In this document: positions 63,191-64,000 of the stretch, one piece after another
How positions within the stretch are numbered: position 1 is the stretch's first letter
Layout of the letters: each line of letters begins with the position of its first letter
Source: Squalus acanthias
Taxonomy: Eukaryota
DNA length: 64,000 nt
NCBI GenBank assembly: GCA_030390025.1
Contig: CM059433.1
Span: 7,566,001-7,630,000, forward strand
Direction: 5' to 3'
Made by a program: the position numbers and the translations under genes
The notes under the pieces: model-generated
Database searches by the model: none
What the model saw: the letters and a program-made list of their open reading frames with translations, nothing else
Told to the model about the DNA's origin: nothing

Positions 63191-64000
63191 ACATAAGAAC
63201 ATAAGAAATAGGAGCAGGAATAGGCCACTTGGCCCCTCGAGCCTGCTCCACCATTCAATAAGATCATGGCTGATCTTGGGCTCAAAGCCACTTCCCAGCC
63301 CACTCCCCATAACCCTTCACTCCCTTATCTTGCAAAAATCTGTCTATCTCCACCTTAAATGTATTTAATGACCCAGCCTCCACGGCTCTCTGGGGCAGAG
63401 AATTCCACAGATTTACAACCCTCTGAGAGAAGAAATTCCTCCCCATCTCAGTTCTAAAAGGGCGACCCTTTATTCTGAAACTATGCCCCCGAGTTCTAGA
63501 TTCCCCCACGAGGGGAAACATCCTCTCTGCATCTACCTTGTCGAGCCCCCTCAGTATCTTATATGTTTCAATAAGATCACCTCTCATTCTTCTAAACTCC
63601 AATGAGTATAGGCCCAACCTGCTCAACCTTTTTTCATAAGTCAACCCCCTCATCTCTGGAATTAACCTAGTGAATCGTCTCTGAACTGCCTCCAATGCAA
63701 GTATATCCTTCCTTAAATAAGGAGACCAAAACTGTACGCAGTACTCAAGGTGTGGTCTCACCAATACCCTGTACAGTTGTAGCAGGACTTCCCTGCTTTT
63801 ATACTCCAACCCCCTTGCAATAAAGGCCAACATTCCATTTGCCTTTTTGATTACTTGCTGCACCTGCATGCTAACTTTTTGTGTTTCATGCACAAGGACC
63901 CCCAGGTCCCTCTGAACTGTAGCATTTTGTAATCTCTCTCCATTTAAATAATAATTTGCTTTTTTATTTTTCCTGCCAAAGTGGATAACCTCGCACTTTC
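63191..64000 (-). mobile_element. CR1 3' part, runs off the window
   Basis: Open ORF 63282-63893; (TTCTTATG)n tail. Confidence 0.96.

Overview
Vertebrate non-coding DNA, most likely from a cartilaginous fish (shark), judged from HE1-like V-SINEs, Deu-domain SINEs and dense CR1/L2 LINEs. No intact host gene, rRNA, true tRNA gene or CRISPR array is supportable. The window is dominated by nested mobile elements: CR1 (two lineages), L2, RTE, Tx1/L1 and Penelope-like retroelements, several SINE families, hAT ends, four decayed two-gene PIF/Harbinger transposons (transposase plus a convergent Myb/SANT gene, spliced in two of them) and many Harbinger-derived MITEs with 3-bp TSDs. The most interesting items are: (1) two Harbinger-ended elements with homologous arms but unrelated internal cargo (Pack-like capture), one carrying an exon-like piece; (2) an orphan, frameshifted TPP2 exon 1 with promoter motifs behind a hAT end; (3) a TSD-flanked 79-bp-arm palindrome with a hammerhead-like core; (4) a phased CCAAT/TGACAG motif array. 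All family names were assigned by eye and from memory, not by database search.
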